Of a stretch of 64,000 nucleotides of DNA, positions 38,835 to 49,326 are shown one piece after another. This stretch comes from Abditibacteriaceae bacterium (GTDB lineage Bacteria > Armatimonadota > Abditibacteriia > Abditibacteriales > Abditibacteriaceae). Position 1 is the first letter of the stretch. Each line of letters begins with the position of its first letter. A program made the position numbers and the translations under genes. Under the pieces are notes generated by a model, which ran no database searches, was not told the origin of the DNA, and saw only the letters and a program-made list of their open reading frames with translations. The stretch covers positions 1 through 64,000 of the forward strand of contig JANPJS010000066.1 of NCBI GenBank assembly GCA_031425655.1, given 5' to 3'.

Positions 38835-39581
38835 TCAACCGTCGTTATTCTGCGTCACCACCTGCTGCCCACTAACATTAACATTCATTTGATTCGCCAC
38901 GATTGCCGGAACTCTTCTTAGGTCTCGCAAGGCGCGGAGACTTCGGCAAAATAGACGATGAAATCTTTCCACTGTCAAAGCCGCTTGCTCAACGGCTTCG
39001 GCTTCCGTGATGCGTGGCGGCGTCCACTCATCGTCATCTTCAGTTTTCATATTGCATTGAGTCGTAGTTAGATGACAGAAATGCTTCAATGCTTGCTCGT
39101 AAAGTGTTTGAGCTTGTGCGAGATTTTGGATAAGAATCTCTTCAGCCCCATTCCGTGGCTCATATTGGCGCCGTAGCTCGGCCAGAAGAACGATGAATCT
39201 TGCCCGTTCGTATGGAGTGCTATTAAAACCTTCGGTCGCCTTCGCTGCTCTATGGCCGCTTGACAGTTCTGCAAGCGCAGATTCCAGGATTTCGTTCCAC
39301 CTGTCTTGCGCGAGTTCGGGGACAGCTTTTTTAAGTTCGTTCAATTGTAGCCAAGACAAGGAATTAGCCGGTGTGCTTTGAATTTGTTCAACTCGCGCGG
39401 CTATCACGGCTTCATCTAACTGAACTTCGTTGGTGACAAATTCGCCAGCAACCTTCGTCACACGCAGATGTTTAGTGAATCGCTCCGAACGCTGCTGTGC
39501 CCTTGCGAGTTCGGAATTTGGCATTTCAGGCAATTGCTTAACAACAGCGGTTGAAGTGCTAAACCGTTTTATTGATTTCAT
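38835..39581 (-). CDS. Hypothetical helical protein
   Basis: Last gene of the rep operon; C-terminal LRALRDLRR...QMNVNV; overlaps upstream stop. Confidence 0.7.
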   Translation of the reverse strand: MKSIKRFSTSTAVVKQLPEMPNSELARAQQRSERFTKHLRVTKVAGEFVTNEVQLDEAVIAARVEQIQSTPANSLSWLQLNELKKAVPELAQDRWNEILESALAELSSGHRAAKATEGFNSTPYERARFIVLLAELRRQYEPRNGAEEILIQNLAQAQTLYEQALKHFCHLTTTQCNMKTEDDDEWTPPRITEAEAVEQAALTVERFHRLFCRSLRALRDLRRVPAIVANQMNVNVSGQQVVTQNNDG

Positions 39582-39895
39582 GGTTTTAGGCTCCCTTCGA
39601 TTTGACGAATAGAATCTCGCACCGTGCGCCAATTAGCTTTTGCATTGTTGGCTGATTTACGCTCTTGCCGCTCCTGCTCTTTGCGCTCGGCACGGGCTTT
39701 CTTAACTACATCAACTTCAGCAGCCCGAACATAACGCTTGCTACGTCGCCCATTGGCCTGCGAACGCACATAGAAGTAAGGGCCATGATAATAGTCGGGG
39801 CTTACGGAACACCGGCAGTTAGGCTTCCCGCAGGAGACGTATTCAGCGCAGACCGCGCTAATCTTGGGGGTGGATTTTTTAAATTTTGTTTTCAT
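39578..39895 (-). CDS. DUF6788-like protein
   Basis: CGKPNCRC...HGPYFY. Confidence 0.7.
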   Translation of the reverse strand: MKTKFKKSTPKISAVCAEYVSCGKPNCRCSVSPDYYHGPYFYVRSQANGRRSKRYVRAAEVDVVKKARAERKEQERQERKSANNAKANWRTVRDSIRQIEGSLKP

Positions 39896-40517
39896 GGCTA
39901 ATCCCTTCCAATTTCGCGCGGCCAAGCACCGTAATGTAATAGAAATTTCGCTTATCGCGCTCAATATAACCTTTATTTCTCAAACGCTTCAAATCGGCCA
40001 ACAATGGAGTCGTTGAACGATTCAGTAGCGCGCAAAGTTGTGCCGTCGTTGCTCCAATGGCGTTACGCTCGGTCAAGGCTTGAAGAATTGCAATGAGTTT
40101 TGGTCTACGATGTGCTGCCGCTAATTTTTGCTTTAGAGCCAGCGTTTGCTTTCTATGGCATTCTACACACAGCAATCTCAGATTATCGAGTGTTGATTTC
40201 CCGCCTTCTGAAATGGGCCTTATGTGATGAATTTCTAATGGACAGCGCCCCCGATTAGCCCATTCCTTGCCTGTTTTTGGATGCATATACGCTTCTGCAT
40301 CGAATCCGCACTCTTCGCATTTGTTACCCGCCCGTCTCCAGGCTTTACCTTCAAGAAATGGGACTTTCATCCTTTCACGATAGTGGGAAGAGCATTCGGA
40401 GCTACAAAAGCGGGAACCGGGCAATCGAGAACTGCGGCAGTAATAGCAGAACTCGCCTTGCTCAACTTGCTTGAGATGGGCATCTCCGCCCCTAAATGGA
40501 TTGTGGTGCCTGTTCAT
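39879..40517 (-). CDS. HNH endonuclease with C-terminal winged HTH
   Basis: CEECG, EIHHIRPISEGG, DNLRLLCVECH. Confidence 0.85.
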   Translation of the reverse strand: MNRHHNPFRGGDAHLKQVEQGEFCYYCRSSRLPGSRFCSSECSSHYRERMKVPFLEGKAWRRAGNKCEECGFDAEAYMHPKTGKEWANRGRCPLEIHHIRPISEGGKSTLDNLRLLCVECHRKQTLALKQKLAAAHRRPKLIAILQALTERNAIGATTAQLCALLNRSTTPLLADLKRLRNKGYIERDKRNFYYITVLGRAKLEGISHENKI

Positions 40518-40530
40518 TCTTTACCCCGCA

Positions 40531-41706
40531 TCACTCTTTATCAGTTCTCTGATAAAGCTCCCCCGTATCATGCTGTTCCCCCCAAGCCAAAAGGTTGAGC
40601 GTGTTGGGGCCAAGACAATCTTCAATACCTTTCTCCCATTGCCATATTGTGTCCCACTCATCCTGAACATGCTCAGGGGTAGGTGGTGCATTGTCTTTAC
40701 TGCCCCGAAAGTCAAAAATGAACCAACAGAAAATCCACCGAAAAAGCTGTCCAATTGTCTTACCTTGAGATTCAAGGCTTTCTGCCACTTTTTTCAAACG
40801 CCGAAGCAACTTATCTGTAATGCGGTCTGGGTGCCTACGGCAGATGAAACACAAGGCATCGAAAAACAAGCCATACTCGCTCTGCGGCCATTCCAACCAT
40901 TCTTGATAAGTAGGGGTAGGAGCAAGCGGCACCACTGGTGACGCTCCCCTATTTCTTTGATTGTTGGTTTTTGAGTTTTTCTCTGTAGTAAAGGTATTTC
41001 CGCATGTAGCGGTTTCCAGATAGCTGGTAGGTTGCCTGTTATCTGGATAATCATTGGATGCGCCGTTATTTAGGTAATCGTGGTTTTGCGGATTATCTAC
41101 AGCACTGCTTTTCCGAGAAAAGGCGCCGTGCTTATCAAGGGCAGCATAAGTTTTGTTGAGCGCATCTGCCAGCAATTTGTCATTAAGCTGATACCACGTC
41201 ACGCGGTTTGCATCCGTCCAATAAATGACAAGTCGGTTAGCGTTTAACATACGTCCAGTGGCGTCGAGATTGGCTTCTACTTCACTGAGAATTTCTTTCT
41301 TCTTATCTCCCGTCTTCACCTTAGTAGCTATGGTTTTGAGCGCATTTGTGAAAGCAGATTCGCCGATGCCCAATTCTTCGCACCAACTATCACCTTGGCG
41401 GTAAAGTCGGTGTGAACACGGCTTATTAAATTTATAGAAACGCTGCCCTTTGTTGTTTTTCCACCGAAACACCATTTGCCCAAGCAAAATGGCGGCGGAC
41501 AATTTCCCTGTCAATCGAGCCAATTGTGGTCGGTAAGGTATTACTAACCCATCTTCAGCAATGAGATTGATGAGAGCCGGAACTGATATAGGGTCGGCCA
41601 CGCTTCGCGTTCCCGTTAGTAATGGGGACTGCTCATTTACAAATTGACTCTCGACTTCTATCGGAAGCGAGTTCGCCTGCTCGCCAAAAGCATCTTCTGC
41701 TTTCAT
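40531..41706 (-). CDS. Phage-type replication initiator-like protein
   Basis: YRPQLARLTG..SAAILLGQM, FYK, SWCEELG wHTH region; internal 27-nt periodic repeats. Confidence 0.65.
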   Translation of the reverse strand: MKAEDAFGEQANSLPIEVESQFVNEQSPLLTGTRSVADPISVPALINLIAEDGLVIPYRPQLARLTGKLSAAILLGQMVFRWKNNKGQRFYKFNKPCSHRLYRQGDSWCEELGIGESAFTNALKTIATKVKTGDKKKEILSEVEANLDATGRMLNANRLVIYWTDANRVTWYQLNDKLLADALNKTYAALDKHGAFSRKSSAVDNPQNHDYLNNGASNDYPDNRQPTSYLETATCGNTFTTEKNSKTNNQRNRGASPVVPLAPTPTYQEWLEWPQSEYGLFFDALCFICRRHPDRITDKLLRRLKKVAESLESQGKTIGQLFRWIFCWFIFDFRGSKDNAPPTPEHVQDEWDTIWQWEKGIEDCLGPNTLNLLAWGEQHDTGELYQRTDKE

Positions 41707-41878
41707 TTCTGCCCCCTAATGCGGGACGAATCCCGCTACAAACCAAGCGACCCACCTTGTCCGGGGCATGGAAGGTGGGTCGCAGCTATTTCCTTCAGAT
41801 AAGGAAGTTAAAATGTCCGCCCCGGACATTTGCAAGTTAGGTAGCCCAAAGAAATTCTTAGCATGGGATACAATGACT

Positions 41879-41907
41879 ATTATACGCCTTTAGTGGTCTT
41901 TTGTCAA
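41879..41907 (-). promoter_or_regulatory. Consensus sigma70 promoter of the rep operon
   Basis: TTGACA-17-TATAAT. Confidence 0.85.
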
Positions 41908-42402
41908 TTCCAAGAAAATATTATCACAATTACATGAAACTTCCGCCAGGCAGATTGCTTTGTCGCAAATACCTTGATACTTGACCCGTTTACAAAGAAC
42001 TCAACAGCGGTAGCGGCATATTATAAAAAGAGAACTCTTACAGCTAACAGGTCAGAGAAGGACATTCACAAACGATGGAGACCGAGAAGTAGGCGATTAT
42101 CAGGATTTGGCTGATAATTTTGCGACTACTGCTTTGTGAGTTATGTTGGTGGGCAACTCAGATTTGGCTGACTGGGAGCCTGTTCGTTACGCTGGACGAG
42201 AAGGCAGGAAGGGGAAAGGCGGACGGCGTGCGGGCACGCCTATGTCAGCAGATGCCAAAACACGAATAGCAGAAGCACAGAAGCAACGGTGGTCACGCAT
42301 TAAAAGTCACAACAAAAGCAGCAAGGATGAAACGCAAGCGAATGAAGGGCGACAAATTACGACACAAGTTTTTAGTCCGCAACTTTCAGTCAGCCTTTGC
42401 TA

Positions 42403-45400
42403 CTACACCGACTTTAACTGCACTTGGAGCGTTTGCGGCTCGTAGCAAACCATGATTTGCGGATGCCACGTTCCCAACTGGCCCCAGTTATTGGTGGCAG
42501 AGAGCCAGCGATTGGCAGCGTTATGTTTAGCGCGGTCTTGGTCGTCAATGGCACCTTTGATTTCCAAAAGCATAAGTCGCTTGTCCATCAGTTCAACTAA
42601 AAAGTCCGGCTCGTAGAAATGCTCGATGCCCTGATATTCGTAGGGAATCCGCAGGCCTAAGCGGTCGTTGCGTGCGTAGCAGCGCACCACGCCAGAGCTT
42701 TCCAGTGCGAACGCTGATGCTTGCTCCCAACTTTGGGTATCAGCAACAACGCCGGATAGATGGCTCTTCTGAGTGGCCTTTACAGGACGCGCCGTAACAA
42801 AGTTCACATCACCTGTTGTGCCGATGGGTTTAAAGCGATTGAGCAACGGCAAAAGCGGCGCTTCGCCTGCGCTGTCGTCCGGTTCGATGGCGTCGCGCAA
42901 ACGTCCAACGACACGCCCGACATACGTTTGCAAGGCGATTTCGCAGGGATGCTGACCGTTGAAACGCACCTTGCCTTCTTTGTCCGGCGTGCCAATATAG
43001 GCGTCAACGAAGCGAAATATTTGCGGGAAAAGTTGATGCCGCGCTTGCAAGCTAAGAACTCGCCCTTTGCGGTCATCGCTGTCGCGCTGTGTTACCAAAT
43101 CGGTCAGCAGTATTTGAGCGATGCGAAATTTGATGGTTTGTAAATGGTTGGCGGCATAGAAGGCCGTGCGGTCTTGGCTTTCCCATGTGAAGCCACCATT
43201 GGGGCCACTTTCCATTACGCTCGGAGCTACAAAGGTTGCGGTTGGAATGGAATAAGGTTCGATATGCAGTTCGTCCATCGCTTCAACATCGCATTTCAGT
43301 GCGAACTTAGATAACGAAAACGCATAGCCTTCTACATTGGGAAATCGCAATTCAAAACCGGCGCGTTCGGGCATGGCTTTGACGGCGGTGTAAACCGGCG
43401 GTGGGGGCGGGGGCTTATCATTTGGTTGTCCCTTAGCAGCCGTGAGTGAGAATGGAATGCCGTAAATATCGGCAACTTCTTCGCGCAGCAAGCCTGTGGT
43501 GGGGTCAACATCATAGGAAAGGCGGCGCAAAGCTCTCCCTACCACTTGTTCACAAAGCAACTGACTACCAAAAGCGCGCACGCCTAAAATATGAGTGACG
43601 TTGTTCGCGTCCCAACCTTCGGTCAGCATAGACACCGAAACCACACAGCGCACCTGCTCTCCGGGTTCTCCGCGCCGACCTACTGTCGCTACGACTTTGC
43701 GAAGTGCTTCCGCCGCCGCGTCTTTTTTTACTTTGGGGTCGTCGCTCTCGGCTTCGGCTAACAGTTTGGAGTCAATGCGAATGGTGCGTTTTTCCCCGTC
43801 CGCATTTGCTAATTCGGGCAGCACATCACTTGGGCCATAAACCGTGCGCTTGGTTAGTTTTTTAGCTTTTTGCTTCGGCTTGGTTTCCGTTTGGGCGTCG
43901 TCGCTGTCGCTCTCATCGTCAACTTCTGCTTCAACGTCGGCCAGAGTCACAGGCATTTCTTCTTCACGCTCGCCGGAAATCATTTCATAAAAGAGTTTGG
44001 CGACGTTGGTGTTATCACACACGACAATCATAACGGGCGGAATGGTCTCATCGCCGCCACGTTCTTCGTGGGCGTGCAGCGTGCGAAGCCATTGCCCCGC
44101 AAGTTGCACGAGCGCGGGTTGTGCCTTGCGGTAAATGACTTCGGGCTTGAGTTTCTTATTGCCCGATTGCCGTTCGGCGCTGGACGTGCCTTCGTGAATC
44201 CATTTCCAAAGGTTGTAAAATTCCGGCTCTGGCCTGCCTGTGTTGCTTTGAACGGGCACACGCGGCGTTTTCACGATGCCGCTCTCGATGGCATCACGCA
44301 AGCCAAAGTCGCTAACCAGCCACGGAAAGGGGCGCCCTTCCGAGTGGCCACTTCCCGCGAGATAAAAGGGCGTAGCCGATAAATCCACACAGAGCGCGAT
44401 ACCGGCCTTGCCGTCCTTTCCCGCACGGCTATTGTTGAGCTTGTCCAGTCCTTCTAACCACAAGCGGGCTTTTTCTGCTTCTTTGTCGGCGCCTTCTTCG
44501 GTGGCGAGCAGGCTTTCATCGTGCTGCGTATTGTCATTGGTCGCGGGGCGCCAGCAGTGATGACCTTCATCGTTCAGCACCATAATCGGCATCTTGGGGT
44601 AAAGGTCGCCCAATAATCGCCGCGCGAAATCATCGGGCGTCTCCATGCCTTTGTTGATGACGCGAGAGCGAAAGCCAGCTTCGGAATTGCCGGTGTCGGG
44701 CGCGAATTGGTGCCAGTTAGTGATAAGGACGCGCCCTGTTTTCAGAGCCGCCATCCATTTTCCCGGCACAATGTCGAACTGCTCGAAATAGTTGTTTTCG
44801 ATGTCGGGGCGTAGCACCTGCAACCGCTCTTTAACGGTCAGGTTGGGCGCGATGATGAGCGCGGCACTGGGAAAAATGGTGCTTTGTGGATTCTTGGCGT
44901 GATTGCAAAAAGCCCATGCCAGCAATAGCGCCATGACTACGGTTTTGCCGCTGCCTGTTGCCATCTTGCAGCCGACGCGATTCAAAGTGAGCGGGTAATT
45001 TGGCGAAGGGTCAATTAGCGATGGAACGATTTCGTTTATCTCAGCATGAAAACTGGGGCGCTTGCCGGTCATCATTGCCAACAAATCGTTATCGGTCAGT
45101 TCAAAGTTGTGGAAGCCGGTTGAGCCGGAGCGTCCGGGAAAGCGCATTTCGGCCAAATAGACGACGGTTTCCACGGCTTCGCGCTGGCAAAAGAAAAACC
45201 GTCGTTCGCGCTCTGCTGAAAACCAATGGGCGAACAGGTCTTTAGTGACGTTGGTGGCGCCGCGATAGCCGCTTTCTCGCCAGCGACGCACATCGCTCCG
45301 CAGCAAGTTGACAAGGGTTAGCTCAACGTAGTTTTCTTCGATGGCAAACGACAGGCGAGCTTGCGCTTCGGATTTGTAATCGTAGCCCGCAGGTCGGCGC

Positions 45401-45504
45401 GTGGGAATGACTTCCAACAAGGCGTTATCGGCAGAACGGCGCCAGTGCTGGATGGGTTCCGCGTAAGGCGAATTGAGAATCGGCGATTTTTGGTCGTTTT
45501 GCAT
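42403..45504 (-). CDS. Type III restriction enzyme Res subunit
   Basis: KMATGSGKT, NDEGHH, DLSATP, SMLTEGWD, YEPDF...LEIKG. Confidence 0.92.
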   Translation of the reverse strand: MQNDQKSPILNSPYAEPIQHWRRSADNALLEVIPTRRPAGYDYKSEAQARLSFAIEENYVELTLVNLLRSDVRRWRESGYRGATNVTKDLFAHWFSAERERRFFFCQREAVETVVYLAEMRFPGRSGSTGFHNFELTDNDLLAMMTGKRPSFHAEINEIVPSLIDPSPNYPLTLNRVGCKMATGSGKTVVMALLLAWAFCNHAKNPQSTIFPSAALIIAPNLTVKERLQVLRPDIENNYFEQFDIVPGKWMAALKTGRVLITNWHQFAPDTGNSEAGFRSRVINKGMETPDDFARRLLGDLYPKMPIMVLNDEGHHCWRPATNDNTQHDESLLATEEGADKEAEKARLWLEGLDKLNNSRAGKDGKAGIALCVDLSATPFYLAGSGHSEGRPFPWLVSDFGLRDAIESGIVKTPRVPVQSNTGRPEPEFYNLWKWIHEGTSSAERQSGNKKLKPEVIYRKAQPALVQLAGQWLRTLHAHEERGGDETIPPVMIVVCDNTNVAKLFYEMISGEREEEMPVTLADVEAEVDDESDSDDAQTETKPKQKAKKLTKRTVYGPSDVLPELANADGEKRTIRIDSKLLAEAESDDPKVKKDAAAEALRKVVATVGRRGEPGEQVRCVVSVSMLTEGWDANNVTHILGVRAFGSQLLCEQVVGRALRRLSYDVDPTTGLLREEVADIYGIPFSLTAAKGQPNDKPPPPPPVYTAVKAMPERAGFELRFPNVEGYAFSLSKFALKCDVEAMDELHIEPYSIPTATFVAPSVMESGPNGGFTWESQDRTAFYAANHLQTIKFRIAQILLTDLVTQRDSDDRKGRVLSLQARHQLFPQIFRFVDAYIGTPDKEGKVRFNGQHPCEIALQTYVGRVVGRLRDAIEPDDSAGEAPLLPLLNRFKPIGTTGDVNFVTARPVKATQKSHLSGVVADTQSWEQASAFALESSGVVRCYARNDRLGLRIPYEYQGIEHFYEPDFLVELMDKRLMLLEIKGAIDDQDRAKHNAANRWLSATNNWGQLGTWHPQIMVCYEPQTLQVQLKSV

Positions 45505-45507
45505 AAG

Positions 45508-45849
45508 TTATGCTGGCGGTTTCTCTATCAATTGAGATGGGGAAGTTTTTTCTTGCTCCACTTGGGTTTTAGCGTCCCTAACTTTAGCGGAGTTCAAGTC
45601 CATCACCAATCCTGAAACACAACCCGATTCGTTAAACGTGAGTTTTTCCCTGTCAACAAAAGCATCGCCGATAGACTCCCCGTTCTCATCAAAAATTGGA
45701 ACAAATATCTTACTCATTGAACAACCCCTAAAATAATTACAAATTGGTTCTCGCAGAAATTCGCGTTCTACCGAACTGATGTGGATATAAACGTCACCGA
45801 AATTGGCGAATGACTCAACAGAATGATTGTCGTTTATATCCTTGTCCAA
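45508..45849 (-). CDS. Small hypothetical protein between mod and res
   Basis: Fills the gap in the operon orientation; AT-rich. Confidence 0.5.
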   Translation of the reverse strand: MDKDINDNHSVESFANFGDVYIHISSVEREFLREPICNYFRGCSMSKIFVPIFDENGESIGDAFVDREKLTFNESGCVSGLVMDLNSAKVRDAKTQVEQEKTSPSQLIEKPPA

Positions 45850-45864
45850 TTATCGTGAGTTCAC

Positions 45865-48800
45865 TCATCCCAAATCCAGCACCTTCATCACTTCGTTACC
45901 GCGCGGGTCAATCACTTTCACGGCGGCGCGGGCATGGGAGCCTTTAGGAAAGGGCAAGCTAACAGTGCCGCTAAAGGACGAAACGTCAATCGAGCCTTTG
46001 AGAGCTTTGTCAATTTTGTCCCACGCGCTCTTGTCGGGAAAGAAAGCCTGCGTGATGCAAAACGTGCGGCCATCGTAATCGCTATCAAGGAACCACGCCG
46101 CGACTTTTTCTTGATTGGTGGGCAGGATTTCGTTGGTCACAGGGTCGAAAATATCCATGCCTTCCATCTCGATTTGCCATTGTCCTTCGTCAGCCGTTTT
46201 GAGATTCACGCGCGGCGAACCAAAGACCGTGAATAACTGGCTTCCGGGAGTGACTTTGAGCAAGCCGTTCATCGCGGGATTCACGTCGGGGCGAATTTGC
46301 GCCATGTGCAGTTGCACGCGCCCACCGCTTTCGATGAGAGACGATGCACCGTCATCGAAGGCGAAACCAGCAAAAATTGCGGCATCGTAGCCAAACTTAT
46401 AGGCGGCACGTTGCACTTCTTCAACTTGTTTGGAAGAAATCGGGCCGTATTGTGGGCCAAAGGAAACGATGGCGCGCACGGTCGCAGTTTGGCCGGTTTC
46501 GTCTGTCCATTCGTATTCGCCTTCGGCATGAACGGGCGTATTGCCCAATGACTTGGCTTCCAGTTGTGAAAACGTGATTTTCTTGTTTCCCGGAAAGGTG
46601 AGACCATCGCCGCGCAATAGCGAAATCAGGTTCTCGATGTAAGCCGCCACGTTTTCCACTTCCATCGCGGGTTTGGGCGTTACGAAGCTCACTTTGACCG
46701 GCGGCGTGAAGGTTTCCAGTTCTTCGGGAGCGCCGTCAAATTCTACGACGCTGGCTTCTTCCAAACTCATTTCCGGTGGCTGCACTGCTTCAACGGTGAA
46801 GGGGCCGGAAACGCGCACCACGCCTTTGACGATTTCAGGTTTGTCGTAAAGTGTTTCGCTTTCGGCGTTGGCGGCGATGCACGCATTGACGGCATCCATC
46901 TTGGCCCGCCACGCTTTGCGGTATGCTTCAACCCCGCTTGTCAAGGCAGTGGGATAGCTCTCGTCGGTGTCGAACGGCACCGTCCAATGTTCAAAGCGGT
47001 CGGGTAAATCGAGACGGCGCTTATCGGCATCAGTCGGTTTTTTGATACGCGTCAGTTGGTCTTTCAACGTGCGCCGCGCTGAGGAGTTAACTTCGTTCAA
47101 CGCCACATTACAGGCTTCCAGCGATTTATCCATTTGCGGATTCCACTCTTCAAAAATCGGGTCAAGGTGTGGATTCTGAGCGATGGATTTGAGCATAATG
47201 TGCGGCACTACTTCGCAATCGAATGTTTGCGGTGGCAACTGTGCGCCGCTTTCATCTTTAACGCGCAATCCCTTGACGTTGTCGGCTTCTTCCTTCACAT
47301 TGAGTGGGCGTAGTTTGTATTGGTCGAATCTTGCGGTTAGGATACGCTGCCTTGCAATAGAAAGCGCCACACGCGATGTATCGCAGGTTATCCAACGCCG
47401 TCCCCATTGCTCCGCGACAAATGCTGTTGTCCCACTACCGCCCGTTGGGTCAACCACCAAATCACCGGGGTCAGTGGTCATTAACATACAACGTTCAATA
47501 ATTTTGTTGTTTGTTTGCACTACATAGGCTTTTTCACTCGCATCAAAACCCCATCTCACATCCGTCCACAGATTGTTTATAGGTGATGCGGGAAAATCCT
47601 TTAATCTTCTTAGATATGAAACTGACGTATCGCGCGTAATAAGCCTTCCCGATTCTCCCAACCGTCTTAATCCAGCAATGCTCGTTTTCCAGTATTGACT
47701 ATTACCCGGACGAAAAACGCGCCCTTCAAAATCGAAGGGGTCACTTCCGGGTGGCCGTTGGGACGTGGTTGCACTTGGGCGAAATCTTGAAGCTCCGTAT
47801 GGTATTGGAGTAGCACCAGAAATCTCATCCGCAGTCATTGTCCGAGTGCAACCATTGTCAAGTTGAAGATATTTATACTCGCCTGCGCCATCTTCGACGG
47901 AACTCTTCACCCGATGTATTTGCCTGTATTTTAAATGAGCTTTGTCTTTCGCATACCAAATCAAAAAGTCACATACAGTTCCCAATAGCTCCGATGATGC
48001 ACCGGCAGTCTTTGCAATAGTAATCACGCTCACAAAATTTTCTGGCCCAAAGACTTCATCCATCAAAGCGCGGACGCGATGCAAATTTTCATCGGAGATT
48101 TGCACGAAAATCGAGCCAGAATCATGCAGCAGTTCGCGCGCAACGGTTAGCCGGTCACGCAAGTAAGTGAGATACGAATGGATGCCTAATTCCCAAGTGT
48201 CGCGGAAGGCGCGCACCGTTTCCGGCTCGCGGGTCAAATCCTTGTCTTGGTCTTTCACATCGCGCTGGCCGATTTTCGGCTGAAAGTTCGACGCGAATTT
48301 GATTCCATACGGCGGGTCGAAATACATCATCTGCACTTGCCCCGCCAAGTTTTCGCGTTGCGCCAGCGATGACATGACTTGCAGGCTATCGCCGAGAATC
48401 AGCCGGTTGCTCCAATCCACTTCATGCTGATAAAATGAAACCGCTGCGGTGTAATCCTGCTCAGGGTCGGCAAACAGGCTCTTTTGCGGGACTTCTCGCT
48501 GTGCGACTTTCAAAATCGCCTGTGTGGAAACTCGTTCGTGAATATGGAGCGCGATGGGGTCAACCAACAGTTCCCTTTTCTCGCGCTTGCCCGCCCATTC
48601 CAACCACGGCTCATGGTCAGCATAGAGCCGCCGCAGTTCCGCTACTTCATCGGGCATTAGCGGCGACTTAGCCGCTTTTTCGAGCAGGTTTTCCAGCCGC
48701 GCCTGCATATCGAATTGCAACTGCGGTGTGCGGTGCGCCGAAAATTCATACTTCGTTTTGGGAAGCAGCGGCACCGGCTTGTCACCGGCCAGCGTAGCGG

Positions 48801-48888
48801 GCGGATTGTTCAACCGCTTATCATCGTGGCGCAGGTCGGCCACATCGAGCAAAGAAGGCGTCTTCGGAGATTTGGGAAGTCGGGCCAT
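45865..48888 (-). CDS. Type III R-M methyltransferase (Mod)
   Basis: NRLILGDSL, YFDPPYGI, DPTGGSGTT, VKVIDPRGNE. Confidence 0.92.
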   Translation of the reverse strand: MARLPKSPKTPSLLDVADLRHDDKRLNNPPATLAGDKPVPLLPKTKYEFSAHRTPQLQFDMQARLENLLEKAAKSPLMPDEVAELRRLYADHEPWLEWAGKREKRELLVDPIALHIHERVSTQAILKVAQREVPQKSLFADPEQDYTAAVSFYQHEVDWSNRLILGDSLQVMSSLAQRENLAGQVQMMYFDPPYGIKFASNFQPKIGQRDVKDQDKDLTREPETVRAFRDTWELGIHSYLTYLRDRLTVARELLHDSGSIFVQISDENLHRVRALMDEVFGPENFVSVITIAKTAGASSELLGTVCDFLIWYAKDKAHLKYRQIHRVKSSVEDGAGEYKYLQLDNGCTRTMTADEISGATPIPYGASRFRPSATTSQRPPGSDPFDFEGRVFRPGNSQYWKTSIAGLRRLGESGRLITRDTSVSYLRRLKDFPASPINNLWTDVRWGFDASEKAYVVQTNNKIIERCMLMTTDPGDLVVDPTGGSGTTAFVAEQWGRRWITCDTSRVALSIARQRILTARFDQYKLRPLNVKEEADNVKGLRVKDESGAQLPPQTFDCEVVPHIMLKSIAQNPHLDPIFEEWNPQMDKSLEACNVALNEVNSSARRTLKDQLTRIKKPTDADKRRLDLPDRFEHWTVPFDTDESYPTALTSGVEAYRKAWRAKMDAVNACIAANAESETLYDKPEIVKGVVRVSGPFTVEAVQPPEMSLEEASVVEFDGAPEELETFTPPVKVSFVTPKPAMEVENVAAYIENLISLLRGDGLTFPGNKKITFSQLEAKSLGNTPVHAEGEYEWTDETGQTATVRAIVSFGPQYGPISSKQVEEVQRAAYKFGYDAAIFAGFAFDDGASSLIESGGRVQLHMAQIRPDVNPAMNGLLKVTPGSQLFTVFGSPRVNLKTADEGQWQIEMEGMDIFDPVTNEILPTNQEKVAAWFLDSDYDGRTFCITQAFFPDKSAWDKIDKALKGSIDVSSFSGTVSLPFPKGSHARAAVKVIDPRGNEVMKVLDLG

Positions 48889-48957
48889 AGCGTTTTTATT
48901 GTAAACGATTTCGGCAACCGACATTCAGTTTTTAGGAGCGATTTGAAAACAAGTCGC

Positions 48958-49272
48958 TTACGCTTTTTGGACTTTTTTCTTCGATAGGGTTATAGCATTC
49001 TGGCGCAGTTCTTCAATTGCAATCCGAAGTTCATGGACAAACTTTTCAAAGTCAACATCGAGCGCCGCGCAATAGTCCATTAGTTCAATCACGTTCAATT
49101 CGCGGTCAGCGGTTTCAACTTTGTTTGGAAATGAGTGTGCCTTGCCAAGTCGTGCCGCTAAAGCACGTTGCGTAACATCGGCGTCGTGGCGTGCCTGTCT
49201 CAGCTTCTCGGCAAGCAATTTGTAATCGGCTGAATGAACAGAACGTGGTCGCGCTATTGAAATCTCACCCAA
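48958..49272 (-). CDS. XRE-family HTH regulator
   Basis: LRQARHDADVTQRALAARLG...KVETADREL; start uncertain. Confidence 0.8.
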   Translation of the reverse strand: MGEISIARPRSVHSADYKLLAEKLRQARHDADVTQRALAARLGKAHSFPNKVETADRELNVIELMDYCAALDVDFEKFVHELRIAIEELRQNAITLSKKKVQKA

Positions 49273-49326
49273 ATGAGATGTTCACATCGCTTGATTTTGT
49301 CCCCTAAATGGGCGCAAAATTATTGC

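Noticed and set aside
42143..42445. ORF containing MSADAKTRIAEAQKQRW
   Set aside because: The motif looks protein-like, but the ORF overlaps the res 3' end and has no clear RBS; possibly a fragment.
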